Shown here: positions 19,136 to 28,940 of the stretch, one piece after another
How positions within the stretch are numbered: position 1 is the stretch's first letter
Layout: each line of letters starts with the position of its first letter
From: an uncultured Lentisphaeraceae bacterium
GTDB lineage: Bacteria > Verrucomicrobiota > Kiritimatiellia > RFP12 > UBA1067
Direction: 5' to 3'
DNA: 64,000 bases
Assembly: GCA_964386385.1 (NCBI GenBank)
Contig: CAYLRN010000007.1
Coordinates: 54,374-118,373, forward strand
Made by a program: the position numbers and the translations under genes
The notes under the pieces: generated by a model
Databases searched by the model: none
What the model was told of the DNA's origin: nothing
Seen by the model: the letters and a program-made list of their open reading frames with translations, nothing else

Positions 19136-20410
19136 ATGGAGCAATCTAGAAACACGGGCGGGCTCTTCCGCCGGGCGCAGTGGAGGTTCATCGTCTGCAG
19201 CGCCGTCGCGTACATGTTTTTCTACCTGACGCGCAAGAACCTCTCGATGGCGCAGCCGGCCATGCTGGAGGAGGGCGTCATCTCGACGTACGCGCTCGGC
19301 ACTATCATGACGGTGCACGGCGTCCTCTACGGGGTGAGCCGCTTCGTCAACGGCTTCTGGGCGGACCGTCTCAACGGCCGCGTCTTCATGGCCCTGGGGC
19401 TTCTCCTCTCCGCGCTCACGAACTTCCTCTTCGGCTGCACTTCGGTTTCCGTTCTCTTCGGCGTCTTCTGGATCGTGAACGGCTGGACGCAGGGCATGGG
19501 CTTCCCGCCGTGCGCGAAGATGCTCACGCACTGGATCCACCCGAAGGAGCTGGCGACGAAGATGTCCATCTGGAACACTTCGCACAGCTTCGGCGCGGTG
19601 ATGGCCCTGGGGCTCTGCTCGCTCCTCTTCGCCTACGGGTTCGGCTGGCGGTGGTGCTTCTGGGTGCCGGCCGCGCTGGCGGGCCTCGCCGCCGTCTTCA
19701 CGTTCCTCTGCGTGAAGGAGTCGCCTGCTGAGGACGGACTTCCGCCGCTTGAGCTGGACACCGGCGTCTCGAAGGCGGAGCACGAGGTCACGACTGCGGA
19801 CCGCCGCCGGCTCGTCTTCGGCAACAAGGTGATCTGGCTCGTGGCGATCGCCAACTTCTTCGTGTACATCGTCCGCTTCGGCTTCCTCGACTGGGGACCT
19901 ACGTTCCTGAAGCAGTACAAGGACATTCCCGTCACGAAGGGCGGACTGATGATCATCGCCTTCGAACTGGCCGCCGTCGTCGGCACGATCTTCGCCGGCT
20001 GGGTGACGGACCGCGTGTTCAGGGGTCGCGGCGTCCGGACATGCGTCTTCTGCATGCTCTTCGCCGCGCTCTTCTCGCTTGGGTTCTGGTATCTTCCGGC
20101 GGGCGCCCCGATCTGGCAGGCGACCCTCCTTCTCATGGGCGCGGGCTTCTTCATCTACGGCCCCCAGGCGCTGATCGGCATCGTCGCCGCGAACCAGGCC
20201 ACGAAGGAGGCCGCCGCGATGGCGAACGGGTTCACCGGCATCATGGGCTATGCGTCCACCGTCGTCTCCGGCATCGGCATCGCGTTCATCAAGGAGCATT
20301 TCGGATGGGGCGTCACGCTCTGCTCCATTTCGGGCTTCGCGATCGTCGGCATGGTGATGTTCCTCTTCGCCTGGTCGGCGCGCGCGACGTCCTACAGGAA
20401 CGTGTCGTGA
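19136..20410 (+). CDS. glpT: glycerol-3-phosphate transporter (MFS, organophosphate:phosphate antiporter family)
   Basis: GlpT/UhpT-like sequence throughout. Followed by the G3P dehydrogenase gene. Start placed at MEQSRNTGG, which has a GAAGGAACGG ribosome-binding site. Confidence 0.85.
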   Translation: MEQSRNTGGLFRRAQWRFIVCSAVAYMFFYLTRKNLSMAQPAMLEEGVISTYALGTIMTVHGVLYGVSRFVNGFWADRLNGRVFMALGLLLSALTNFLFGCTSVSVLFGVFWIVNGWTQGMGFPPCAKMLTHWIHPKELATKMSIWNTSHSFGAVMALGLCSLLFAYGFGWRWCFWVPAALAGLAAVFTFLCVKESPAEDGLPPLELDTGVSKAEHEVTTADRRRLVFGNKVIWLVAIANFFVYIVRFGFLDWGPTFLKQYKDIPVTKGGLMIIAFELAAVVGTIFAGWVTDRVFRGRGVRTCVFCMLFAALFSLGFWYLPAGAPIWQATLLLMGAGFFIYGPQALIGIVAANQATKEAAAMANGFTGIMGYASTVVSGIGIAFIKEHFGWGVTLCSISGFAIVGMVMFLFAWSARATSYRNVS

Positions 20411-20456
20411 GGGCGCGCGGACGGCTTTTCGATTCAAAAAACACAGGCAGAGAGAA

Positions 20457-23258
20457 ATGGACTACTGGCAGGACGAGGAAATAGACGACGCGATCGTCGT
20501 CGGCGCGGGCGTGGTGGGCTGCGCGATAGCCTATTCGCTTGCGCGGAACTATGACGTGCGCGGCACGGTGCGGGTGCTTGAGGCGGGGAGCGACGTCGCG
20601 GAGGGCGCCACGAAGGCGAACAGCGCCATCGTGCACGCCGGCTTCGACGCGAAGCCGGGGTCGCACAAGGCCTACTTCAACGTGCGCGGCAACGGGATGT
20701 TCGAGGAGGTGTGCAGGGAGCTCAAGGTCCCGTTCGTCAGGAACGGCTCGCTCGTCCTCGCATTCTCGGAGGACGACCGCCGGGAGCTGGAGACGCTGCT
20801 TGCGCGCGGACGCCGGAACGGCGTGGAGGGGCTTGAGATTTTGGACCGCGACGCCCTGCGCGCCCGCGAGCCGAACGTCAGCCCCGACGCGGTGGCGGCG
20901 CTCTGGGCGCCGACCGGCGGCATCTGCTGCCCGTACGAGCTGGCGTTCCACATGGCGGAGAACGCGGCCGCGAACGGCGTAAGGTTCGAGTTCGACCGGC
21001 GCGTCGTCGAGGTCGCAGCGGCGCCGGGCGGCAACGGCTGGGACGTCAGGACCGCTGACGGAAGCAGGTACAGGACGCGGGCGCTCGTCAACGCGGCGGG
21101 CGTCCACGCGGACGAGATCAACAACATGGTCAACCCCGTCAAGTACCACATCCGACCGCGCCGCGGCGAGTACGTCATGCTCGACCGCAGCGAAAGCGGG
21201 GCGTTCAAGTCCACCATCTTCCAGGTGCCGGGTCCAATGGGCAAGGGCGTCCTCGTCTCGCCCACCGTCGACGGCACGGTGATCGTCGGCCCCACCAGCG
21301 AAGACGTGGACGACAAGTCCGACACGGCCACGACCGCCGAGGGCATGGAGAAGGTGGCGCGTCTCGCGCGCCGCTCCTTCCCCGCCCTGCCCCTGCGCAA
21401 GGCCATCGCCAGCTTCAGCGGACTCCGCGCGCACGAGACGACCGTCGGCGACTTCGTGGTCGGCGGCGTCGAGAACCGCTTCGGATTCATCAACGCCCTC
21501 GGCGTCGAGTCGCCCGGCCTCACCTCCGCGCCGGCGATCGGAGAGGCTCTCGCCCGCGAAATCGCCGTCGTCCTCCGCATCGTCGACAGGAAGAGGGAGA
21601 ACCCCGGCCGGGACGTCCCCGACTGGCCGAAGATGCGCTCTCTCTCCGACGACGGCCGTGCGCGGGAGATCGCGCGCGACCCTGCGTACGGACGCATCGT
21701 CTGCCGCTGCGAATCCGTTACCGAGGGCGAAATCCGCGCCGCGATCCGCGCGCGCGTCGGCGCCCGGACCCTTGACGGCGTCAAGCGGCGCACGCGCTGC
21801 GGCATGGGACGCTGCCAGGGCGGCTTCTGCACGTCGCGCATACTGGAGATCCTCTCCGAGGAGCTCTGCCGCCGCGACCCCGCCAATCCCGAGGTGGAGC
21901 TTCCCATTCCGATGGAGGAGTTCCTCGCGTCCCGTTCGAAGGCGCCGGAGGGGGCAGCGCTCCGCCGCCGGCCGTTGAAGGCGGACGCGGCGTCGCGCGC
22001 GGACGGCGTTCCGGAGGAGAACGTCGACGTCCTCGTCGTCGGCGCGGGCCCGGCCGGCCTTGCCGCCGCCATCGCCGCGCGCGAGGCGGGCTGCGCCGGC
22101 GTCCTCGTCCTCGAGCGCGACGACGCGCCCGGCGGCATTCTCCAGCAGTGCATCCACAACGGCTTCGGGCTCCACCGCTTCAAGGAGGAGCTGACGGGCC
22201 CCGAATACGCGCAGCGCTTCATCGACCGCGTCTGCGAGCTGGCCATTCCCGTCCGCCGCCGCGCGATGGCGCTGGACGTCTCGCCCGATCGCGTCGTGAC
22301 CACGATTTCGCCCGACGGCGGACTTCGCAGGATCCGCGCGAAGTCGGTCGTCCTCGCCATGGGCTGCCGCGAACGCCCCCGCGGGGCGCTCCTCATCCCC
22401 GGCACACGCCCGGCCGGCGTCTACACCGCCGGCACGGCCCAGCGCCTCGTCAACATGGAAGGCGTCATGCCCGGCCGCCGCGTCGTCATACTCGGCTCCG
22501 GCGACATCGGCCTCATCATGGCGCGGCGCATGACGTTCCAGGGCGCGAAGGTGCTGGCCTGCGTGGAGCTCATGCCGTTCTCGAGCGGACTCAAGCGCAA
22601 CATCGTGCAGTGCCTGGACGACTTCGGCATCCCGCTTCTCCTGAGCCACACCGTCGTGGACGTCCAGGGACGGGACCACGTCACCGGCGTCACCGTGGCG
22701 CAGGTGGGCTCGGACAGAAAGCCGATTCCCGGCACGGAGCGCCATTTCGACTGCGACACGCTCCTTCTCTCCGTCGGGCTTCTCCCGGAGAACGAGCTCT
22801 CCAAGACGGCGGGCGTCGCGCTATCCGACGTCACCGGCGGGCCGGTGGTGGACGACGCGATGCAGACGTCCGTGCCGGGCGTCTTCGCCTGCGGCAACGT
22901 CCTGCACGTCCACGACCTCGTGGACTACGTGAGCCGGGAAGCGGAGGAGGCCGGCCGCGCCGCCGCCGCGTTCGCGGCGGGGACGCCGGCCGGGGAGGCG
23001 GACGTCGCGGTGAAGGACGGCTTCGGCGTCCGCGGCGTCGTGCCGCAGAGGGTCTGCGCGGAGGGCGGCGGGAAGGTCGCGCTCTCGTTCAGGCCGGGCT
23101 CCGTCTTCAAAAACGCGACTTGGCGCGTCCGGGCGGGCGAGGACGTCCTGCTCTCGCGCAAGGCGCGCATTCTCACGCCGGGCGAATCGCAGCGGGTCGA
23201 GGTCGACCGGTCGCTGTTCAGGGGTCATGGGGAGGTTGTCGTGGAGGTCGTGCAATGA
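20457..23258 (+). CDS. glpA: fused anaerobic-type glycerol-3-phosphate dehydrogenase: a GlpA-like FAD oxidoreductase with BFD-like [2Fe-2S] domain (N-terminal half) plus a GlpB-like FAD/NAD(P)-binding oxidoreductase (C-terminal half)
   Basis: N-terminal GAGVVGCAIA dinucleotide-binding motif and the CRCESVTEGEI…CGMGRCQGGFC BFD-type cysteine cluster. A second Rossmann motif (VVGAGPAGLAAA) begins the C-terminal half. In Firmicutes these are two separate genes followed by a DUF1667 gene. Confidence 0.8.
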   Translation: MDYWQDEEIDDAIVVGAGVVGCAIAYSLARNYDVRGTVRVLEAGSDVAEGATKANSAIVHAGFDAKPGSHKAYFNVRGNGMFEEVCRELKVPFVRNGSLVLAFSEDDRRELETLLARGRRNGVEGLEILDRDALRAREPNVSPDAVAALWAPTGGICCPYELAFHMAENAAANGVRFEFDRRVVEVAAAPGGNGWDVRTADGSRYRTRALVNAAGVHADEINNMVNPVKYHIRPRRGEYVMLDRSESGAFKSTIFQVPGPMGKGVLVSPTVDGTVIVGPTSEDVDDKSDTATTAEGMEKVARLARRSFPALPLRKAIASFSGLRAHETTVGDFVVGGVENRFGFINALGVESPGLTSAPAIGEALAREIAVVLRIVDRKRENPGRDVPDWPKMRSLSDDGRAREIARDPAYGRIVCRCESVTEGEIRAAIRARVGARTLDGVKRRTRCGMGRCQGGFCTSRILEILSEELCRRDPANPEVELPIPMEEFLASRSKAPEGAALRRRPLKADAASRADGVPEENVDVLVVGAGPAGLAAAIAAREAGCAGVLVLERDDAPGGILQQCIHNGFGLHRFKEELTGPEYAQRFIDRVCELAIPVRRRAMALDVSPDRVVTTISPDGGLRRIRAKSVVLAMGCRERPRGALLIPGTRPAGVYTAGTAQRLVNMEGVMPGRRVVILGSGDIGLIMARRMTFQGAKVLACVELMPFSSGLKRNIVQCLDDFGIPLLLSHTVVDVQGRDHVTGVTVAQVGSDRKPIPGTERHFDCDTLLLSVGLLPENELSKTAGVALSDVTGGPVVDDAMQTSVPGVFACGNVLHVHDLVDYVSREAEEAGRAAAAFAAGTPAGEADVAVKDGFGVRGVVPQRVCAEGGGKVALSFRPGSVFKNATWRVRAGEDVLLSRKARILTPGESQRVEVDRSLFRGHGEVVVEVVQ

Positions 23259-23596
23259 CGTGCATAAATTGTCCGATGGGCTGCGCGCTTGAAGTGGCGC
23301 GCGAGGCGGACGGCTCTTTCAGGGTGACGGGGAATCTCTGCCCCCGCGGCGCCGCGTACGCGCAGAAGGAGATGACGGCTCCGGAGCGCATGGTCACGGG
23401 GCTTGTGCGCGTGAAGGGCGCGCGGCGTCCGCTGAGCGTCAAGACGAAGACGCCGGTTCCGAAGGGCAGGATCGCCGACGTCCTGGCGGTTCTCGCCGCT
23501 ACGGAGGTGGCGCCGCTGGTCCGGATCGGCGAGGCGGTCGTCCCGGACGTCTGCGGCACGGGCGTCCCCGTCGTCGCCACGTCCCCGCTCGCCTGA
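23255..23596 (+). CDS. DUF1667-domain protein (third subunit of the GlpA-type G3P dehydrogenase operons)
   Basis: MTCINCPMGCALEV… with the Cys-rich N-terminus typical of DUF1667. ATGA start/stop overlap with the upstream gene. The 482-aa ORF in the track is a frame artefact apart from these last 113 codons. Confidence 0.7.
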   Translation: MTCINCPMGCALEVAREADGSFRVTGNLCPRGAAYAQKEMTAPERMVTGLVRVKGARRPLSVKTKTPVPKGRIADVLAVLAATEVAPLVRIGEAVVPDVCGTGVPVVATSPLA

Positions 23597-23638
23597 ACGT
23601 AAAGCGGAGGTCAAATCGCCCCCGCGCGCATTTCCCTC

Positions 23639-23667
23639 TTGCCCGCACAATCCTCTTTGTGTATAAT
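23639..23667 (+). promoter_or_regulatory. sigma-70-like promoter TTGCCC-N17-TATAAT (conserved CTCTTGC…TTTGTGTATAAT architecture) for the gspF operon
   Basis: -35 at 23639-23644 and -10 at 23662-23667 with a 17-bp spacer. The same motif occurs at 33648, 45757 and 63854. Confidence 0.45.
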
Positions 23668-23726
23668 CCGTTCACGTACGATAGTCTAGAACGAAACAGT
23701 CAGGTCCTTTTAGTCGAGACTTCACC

Positions 23727-25052
23727 ATGGCAACATTCCAGTACATTGCAAAAGACGGCCAGGGCAACGAGCGCCGCGGCACGGTCGATGCCGGGGACAG
23801 GCAGGGCGCGATCGCCGCGGTCCGCGCGCAGGGGCTCATGCCCACGGCGCTGGGCGAAGTGAAGGGCGCCGCGCCCGCGCCCGCGCCTGCGGCCTCCAAG
23901 GCGGCCGCCAAGGCGAAGAAGGCCGCGCGTCCCGCCGCGAAGGGCGGCGCGATGAACAAGCAGATCAACATAAAGCTGCCGAAGTTCATGATGGGGCGCG
24001 TCAAGGCGAAGGACCTGACCGCCTTCACGCGCCAGCTGGCCACGCTCGTGAACGCCGGACTTCCCCTCATGCGCTGCATCGAGGTGATGAAGAAGCAGAA
24101 GATGGCGCCGGCGATGAGGGACTGCCTTGACGGCATTTCCGAGGGCATCGCCGGCGGCGCCACGTTCTCCGAGTCGCTCACGGCGTATCCGAAGGTCTTC
24201 GACAACCTGTACGTCAACATGGTGAAGGCCGGCGAGGCCGGCGGCGTCCTGGAAGTCGTCCTGAACCGCCTTGCCGAGTTCGCCGAAAAGGCGCAGAAGA
24301 TCAAGAACAAGGTGAAGGGCGCGATGATCTACCCGGCGGTCGTCCTCACCGCCGCGATCGGCATCACGGCGTTCCTGCTCGTGACGGTGATTCCGAAATT
24401 CCAGCAGGTGTTCAACGACATTCTCGGCGGCCAGCAGCTGCCGGCGATCACCGAGTTCGTCATGTCGATGTCCGACTACGTGCAGCACAACGGCCTCCAG
24501 GTGCTGGGCGCGGTCGTGGCGCTCTTCGTGATCTACAAGGTGCTGGGCAAGACGAAGCAGGGCGCGTATCTCCTGGACAAGATGCGCCTTTCCGTGCCGG
24601 TCACCGGCACTCTCGTCCGCCGAACGGCGATCGCGCAGTTCTCGCGCACGCTCGGCACGCTTCTCTCCTCCGGCGTCCCGATCCTCCAGGCGCTCGTGAT
24701 CGTCCGCGACACGACGGCGAACCTCGTCGTCCAGCGCGCGATCCAGACCGTCCACGACGCGGTGAAGGAGGGCGAGTCGATGACCGACCCGCTCGCGTCC
24801 TCCGGAGTCTTCCCGCCCATGGTAGTCTCCATGGTGCAGGTCGGCGAGGAGACGGGCGCGCTCTCCGACATGCTCACCCGCGTCGCGAACACGTACGACG
24901 ACGAGGTGGACAACGCCGTCGCCGGCATGACCGCCGCCATCGAGCCGGTGCTGATCATCTTCCTCGCCGTCGTCGTCGGCACGATCGTCATCGCCATGTT
25001 CCTCCCGATGATCAAGATCATCTCCTCCGTTTCCGGCGGCGGCGCCACCTGA
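23727..25052 (+). CDS. gspF: type II secretion system protein F / PilC-family inner-membrane platform protein
   Basis: 441 aa with duplicated T2SSF domains (…LATLVNAGLPLMRCIEVM… and …LGTLLSSGVPILQALVIV…) and three TM segments. Confidence 0.85.
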   Translation: MATFQYIAKDGQGNERRGTVDAGDRQGAIAAVRAQGLMPTALGEVKGAAPAPAPAASKAAAKAKKAARPAAKGGAMNKQINIKLPKFMMGRVKAKDLTAFTRQLATLVNAGLPLMRCIEVMKKQKMAPAMRDCLDGISEGIAGGATFSESLTAYPKVFDNLYVNMVKAGEAGGVLEVVLNRLAEFAEKAQKIKNKVKGAMIYPAVVLTAAIGITAFLLVTVIPKFQQVFNDILGGQQLPAITEFVMSMSDYVQHNGLQVLGAVVALFVIYKVLGKTKQGAYLLDKMRLSVPVTGTLVRRTAIAQFSRTLGTLLSSGVPILQALVIVRDTTANLVVQRAIQTVHDAVKEGESMTDPLASSGVFPPMVVSMVQVGEETGALSDMLTRVANTYDDEVDNAVAGMTAAIEPVLIIFLAVVVGTIVIAMFLPMIKIISSVSGGGAT

Positions 25053-25078
25053 TGCGGACGGCGGATAAGGAGTCCACC

Positions 25079-26248
25079 ATGAAGAGAAAAGAGGGCTTTA
25101 CCCTGATCGAGCTCCTGATCGTGACGGTCGTCATCGTCACGCTCATGGGCATCGTCTTCAGGCTTGCCGGCATCGGCTCCGGGGTGCGCGCGAAGAACGC
25201 CACCATCTCCCGCATCCAGAGGCTGGAGAACGCCCTTTCCGGCTACTACGCGGCGTTCGGGTCCTATCCCCCCGTGCCCCTGCACGGGCTGCAGGACATG
25301 AAGCTGAAGTGCGACGACATGGGGCTCCTCATCCCCAACTCCTCCGGAAGCGGCAGCTGGACGGCGAGCGGAAAGGCCGAGATGCAGCGCCAGGTTCGCG
25401 CCGTCTGCCGCGCCCAGCCCGTCGCCGCGTGCTATCCGTACGATGACACCGCCGAGAACAGGGACTACATCAATTCCCTTTCGTCCGACATCAAGGACAT
25501 GTGCGGCGACAGCGCCAACTACCCGGCGTGGGCCGCGCGTTCCGCCGCGTTCTCGAGCGGCTTCAGCGGGCTCACGCGCAACATATTCGGCAGCAAGCTC
25601 CAGGACGCGGCGGACTGGCAGGACGTCCGCATCTTCAAGTTCGGACTTCTCTCCTTCCTCCTGCCGCGCTATCTCTTCATGCTTGACGGCAAGGAAGAGT
25701 TCTACGACGACTGCAGGCAGTGGGAGGCCAACAACCGGAAGATCACGAACTTCGTGGACGGTAGGCAGATCGGCACGTGGCGGGAGGTCAAGAGGGCGCT
25801 CGGCGCCGGGGACGGCTCGGGCTCCGGCAACGACCCCGCCCTGGCGGCCATGATCACGAACCTTCCCTCGCAGGCCGTCTGCGCCCGCTGGATGCCGAAC
25901 TTCGCGAAGACGATTTGCGGCGGAAAGACGTTCTACGGCGTCGACACCGGCACCGGCAAGGCGTACAACAGCATTAACGACCCCACCGACTTCATGATCT
26001 ACTCGCCGTATTCCAACGGCTCCTCCGGCAACGCCTACATCCTCGACGGCATGACGATTCTCGACGGCTGGGAACACGACCTCTTCTACCATTCCGCCCC
26101 GCCGTACCAGAGCTACGTCGTCTGGTCCGCCGGACCCGACGGAAACACTTTCCCGCCGTGGATCGATCTCGACTCCCTCGAGAGCGAGGAGGCGCGCAAG
26201 ATCGCCGCGGACTGGATGAAGGACGACATCATCCACTTGTCCAACTAG
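25079..26248 (+). CDS. large prepilin-type (pseudopilin) protein, GspG-like with a ~250-aa insertion
   Basis: N-terminal MKRKEGFTLIELLIV prepilin cleavage/methylation motif. C-terminal LDGWEHDLFYHS…VWSAGPDG resembles the GspG DPWG-x-PY-x-Y…GADG motif. AAGGAG ribosome-binding site. Confidence 0.75.
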   Translation: MKRKEGFTLIELLIVTVVIVTLMGIVFRLAGIGSGVRAKNATISRIQRLENALSGYYAAFGSYPPVPLHGLQDMKLKCDDMGLLIPNSSGSGSWTASGKAEMQRQVRAVCRAQPVAACYPYDDTAENRDYINSLSSDIKDMCGDSANYPAWAARSAAFSSGFSGLTRNIFGSKLQDAADWQDVRIFKFGLLSFLLPRYLFMLDGKEEFYDDCRQWEANNRKITNFVDGRQIGTWREVKRALGAGDGSGSGNDPALAAMITNLPSQAVCARWMPNFAKTICGGKTFYGVDTGTGKAYNSINDPTDFMIYSPYSNGSSGNAYILDGMTILDGWEHDLFYHSAPPYQSYVVWSAGPDGNTFPPWIDLDSLESEEARKIAADWMKDDIIHLSN

Positions 26249-26290
26249 CGTCCGCGGTTCTGCGGTTTTTCAGAGAAGGCAGGTCAAGAC

Positions 26291-26914
26291 ATGAACAGAA
26301 AAGGCTTCACCCTCATTGAAATGCTGGTGGTGATGGGCATCATCGCCGTGCTGATGGGTTCGCTCGTCATGGGATTCAGCCGCATCACGAAGAGCGCCCA
26401 GCGGGCGAAGGCGCAGGAGACCGTCTCCAACACCGCCACCGCGCTTGCCGCCATCCTCACGAACGAGGGGCGCTGGCCCAAGGTCGTGCTCTCGAACACG
26501 AGGGTGAACGAGCAGGTCGCCAGGGTCTTCGCCAAGCGCGGATTCATGAGCATCACCTACGACCCGAACGCCAAGAACGCCGACGGCTCGCAGAACTACA
26601 CGCCGGTGGGCACGGACAAGTTCGGCGTCGTCACCCCGTGGGCGAGCGCGGTCCTCAAGCGCAACCCGAACGGCGGCGCCGGGCAGTCCGTCCCATCCGG
26701 CGGCACGGTCTCGGACCACGTGCTCTACTACGCCGTCGACAAGGACGGCGACGGAATCGTCACCACGGGCGAGGGCGCCCCGGTGAACGTCCGCGCCACC
26801 GCCGTCGTCTGGTGCTGCGGCGCCGACGGCAAGGTCGGCACGTACGGAACGCGGGAGAAGGACGCCGCGGACGACGTCTACAGCTGGCAGCGCGCCCAGG
26901 AGGAGAAGAAGTAG
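26291..26914 (+). CDS. pseudopilin (prepilin-type N-terminal methylation domain)
   Basis: MNRKGFTLIEMLVVMGIIAVLMG N-terminus. Confidence 0.75.
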   Translation: MNRKGFTLIEMLVVMGIIAVLMGSLVMGFSRITKSAQRAKAQETVSNTATALAAILTNEGRWPKVVLSNTRVNEQVARVFAKRGFMSITYDPNAKNADGSQNYTPVGTDKFGVVTPWASAVLKRNPNGGAGQSVPSGGTVSDHVLYYAVDKDGDGIVTTGEGAPVNVRATAVVWCCGADGKVGTYGTREKDAADDVYSWQRAQEEKK

Positions 26915-26915
26915 C

Positions 26916-27503
26916 ATGAAGAGGAAACACGGTTTCACGATCGTCGAAATGCTCATGGTGATCGCCGTGCTCGCGGTCCTCGTGGGCATCGTCACCACCG
27001 CCGCGTCCTCGGCCATACGCCAGGCGCGCACCCGCCGCACGGACGCCATGAAGCAGGTCATCCAGAACGGCATCTCCGTCTACTACCAGCAGAAGGGCGA
27101 ATGGCCCGGCTCCCTCAAGAACCTCTCCGAGAACGGCAGGGGCGAGGAGCGCGTGTTCCTGCTTACCTCCGACCAGGCGCAGTCCGCGATCCGCGAGGTC
27201 GTCAAGGAGAGCGCGGGGTCCGTCGCCACGCCGATGATGGACGTCTCCGGCCTCTTCGTCGCCAAGAACGGCACGTCCGAGGAGCGCGGCTACGGGCGCG
27301 ACCTCAAGGACGCGATGCACGATTCCAGGAAGCAGAAGGCCATTCCCCTTTCGAGCATGGTCTTCGGCTATCCCGACTCCGAGACCGGCCACTTCAGGAA
27401 GTTCTGGATCGAATACAACCTCGACGCGGATTCCATCACAGTTCTGACGAGAAGCGAGAAGGAAGCAAATGTCAACAACAAGAAATACAAGGACCAGAAC
27501 TAG
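26916..27503 (+). CDS. pseudopilin (prepilin-type N-terminal methylation domain)
   Basis: MKRKHGFTIVEMLMVIAVLAVLVG N-terminus. Confidence 0.75.
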   Translation: MKRKHGFTIVEMLMVIAVLAVLVGIVTTAASSAIRQARTRRTDAMKQVIQNGISVYYQQKGEWPGSLKNLSENGRGEERVFLLTSDQAQSAIREVVKESAGSVATPMMDVSGLFVAKNGTSEERGYGRDLKDAMHDSRKQKAIPLSSMVFGYPDSETGHFRKFWIEYNLDADSITVLTRSEKEANVNNKKYKDQN

Positions 27504-28323
27504 GCGTCCGGCCGGCTTCACGCTCGTCGAGCTCCTGGTGTCCATCGGCCTGATGGCCCTTCTCGCCACGCTCGCCTCCACCGGCTACTACGCCGCCGCG
27601 CGCGGCATGGCGGACCGCGGCGTCGAGACGGACGTCAAGTCCATGATCCGCCAGACGATGCAGCGCGCCCTCATCGACCAGGTGCCCACCGCACTGATCT
27701 TCTACAACCAGCGCCTGAAGGAGGACGTCGGCGACGACGGCGAGGAGGTCGTCGTCGGAACCGCCGTCGCCATCCGCATGGCGGGCCGCATCTCGCAGGT
27801 CTCCGGCGACTACCTGATCGACGAGTTCGCGGACCTGAACTACACGTATCCCACGAACAACCGCTCCGGCTCCACGGGAATGCCGCTCTACCGCATGAAC
27901 GGCGCGCGCAACGGCCTCTCCAGCTGCCGCACGATCGTCGACAGCAACGTGCAGCCCGCGTTCGGGACATCGGGCGCGGCCGACTACATGATCGCCACCG
28001 GCTATTCCACGAACGTCGTCCTCTGGGCATTCAGGAAGACCGGAGGCGCCGGCGGCTGGAAGGCCGGCGACGCCTACGCGACGGAGATCTCCAGCTTCCG
28101 CCTACCCCACGGCTACTACTTCGGGTCCAGCGCCCCCACGCAGTACAAGCCCGTAGACCCTTCCGGGACGAAGGGAATCGTGTTCGACCCGCTGGAGTCG
28201 TCCATGGACGGCAATCTGAACAGATACGAATTCAACCTTCCCGGGAACGTCGTCGTCTCCTCCGTCGGCGCCGACGGCAAGCAGCGGACGGTTGTCTCGA
28301 TCAGCGACGTGGACGACAAATGA
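27469..28323 (+). CDS. pseudopilin-like protein with a long leader
   Basis: …RRPAGFTLVELLVSIGLMALLA motif after a 15-aa basic leader. Overlaps the preceding gene by 35 nt. Confidence 0.65.
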   Translation: MSTTRNTRTRTRRPAGFTLVELLVSIGLMALLATLASTGYYAAARGMADRGVETDVKSMIRQTMQRALIDQVPTALIFYNQRLKEDVGDDGEEVVVGTAVAIRMAGRISQVSGDYLIDEFADLNYTYPTNNRSGSTGMPLYRMNGARNGLSSCRTIVDSNVQPAFGTSGAADYMIATGYSTNVVLWAFRKTGGAGGWKAGDAYATEISSFRLPHGYYFGSSAPTQYKPVDPSGTKGIVFDPLESSMDGNLNRYEFNLPGNVVVSSVGADGKQRTVVSISDVDDK

Positions 28324-28931
28324 GGGCTTGCGCCATGCTAAGGAAACTCGGATTTACTCTGATGGAAGTGAACCTCGCGGTCTTCATCATGGCCGTGGGC
28401 GTCCTGGCGATGGTCGGCCTCTACCCGCTCGGCTTCCGCGAAAGCCAGCAGTCCGAAGACGACGTGGCGAGCGCGGTTCTCGCCGACGCCGTGCTCAACC
28501 CGCTCGTCCAGGCCCTTTCGTCCCCGTACATGAAGTGGAGCGACTGGAACAACATCTGCGGCGGACACGGCAAGAGCGTCCCCGCCAACGGCTGGAGGGC
28601 GTTCTGCGACGACAAGTACCGCCCCACCGGGAGCCTCAACGGCACCGAGGTCATAAACAAGATTCGCGCCGCGTACAACTCCGCCAAAGGCAACAGCTCG
28701 AAGGGCACTACGCAGTCCGGCAACGCCTTCAAGGAGAACGGACAGTTCCCGAGCCTCCCCTCTTCCGGCTCGTCAGACGCGAACGGTCTCCACTACGCCC
28801 TCGTGGCCACGCAGACCGGCATCGGCACGATTCAGCTGAGTTTCCGCGCCACCAGGCGCAAGAGCCAGCTCTTCTCCCAGCCGTTCTACTTCACCGAAGT
28901 CCACTTCCAGGGCTCGAAGTACCAGCAATAG
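28320..28931 (+). CDS. minor pseudopilin-like protein
   Basis: LGFTLMEVNLAVFIMAVGVLAM motif. ATGA overlap with the upstream gene. Confidence 0.65.
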   Translation: MRACAMLRKLGFTLMEVNLAVFIMAVGVLAMVGLYPLGFRESQQSEDDVASAVLADAVLNPLVQALSSPYMKWSDWNNICGGHGKSVPANGWRAFCDDKYRPTGSLNGTEVINKIRAAYNSAKGNSSKGTTQSGNAFKENGQFPSLPSSGSSDANGLHYALVATQTGIGTIQLSFRATRRKSQLFSQPFYFTEVHFQGSKYQQ

Positions 28932-28940
28932 GGGACTGCG

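Noticed and set aside
22148-23254. 482-aa ORF (22148-23596+) listed in the track
   Set aside because: A frame artefact inside the GlpA-like gene. Only the last 113 codons (DUF1667, from 23255) are a real gene.
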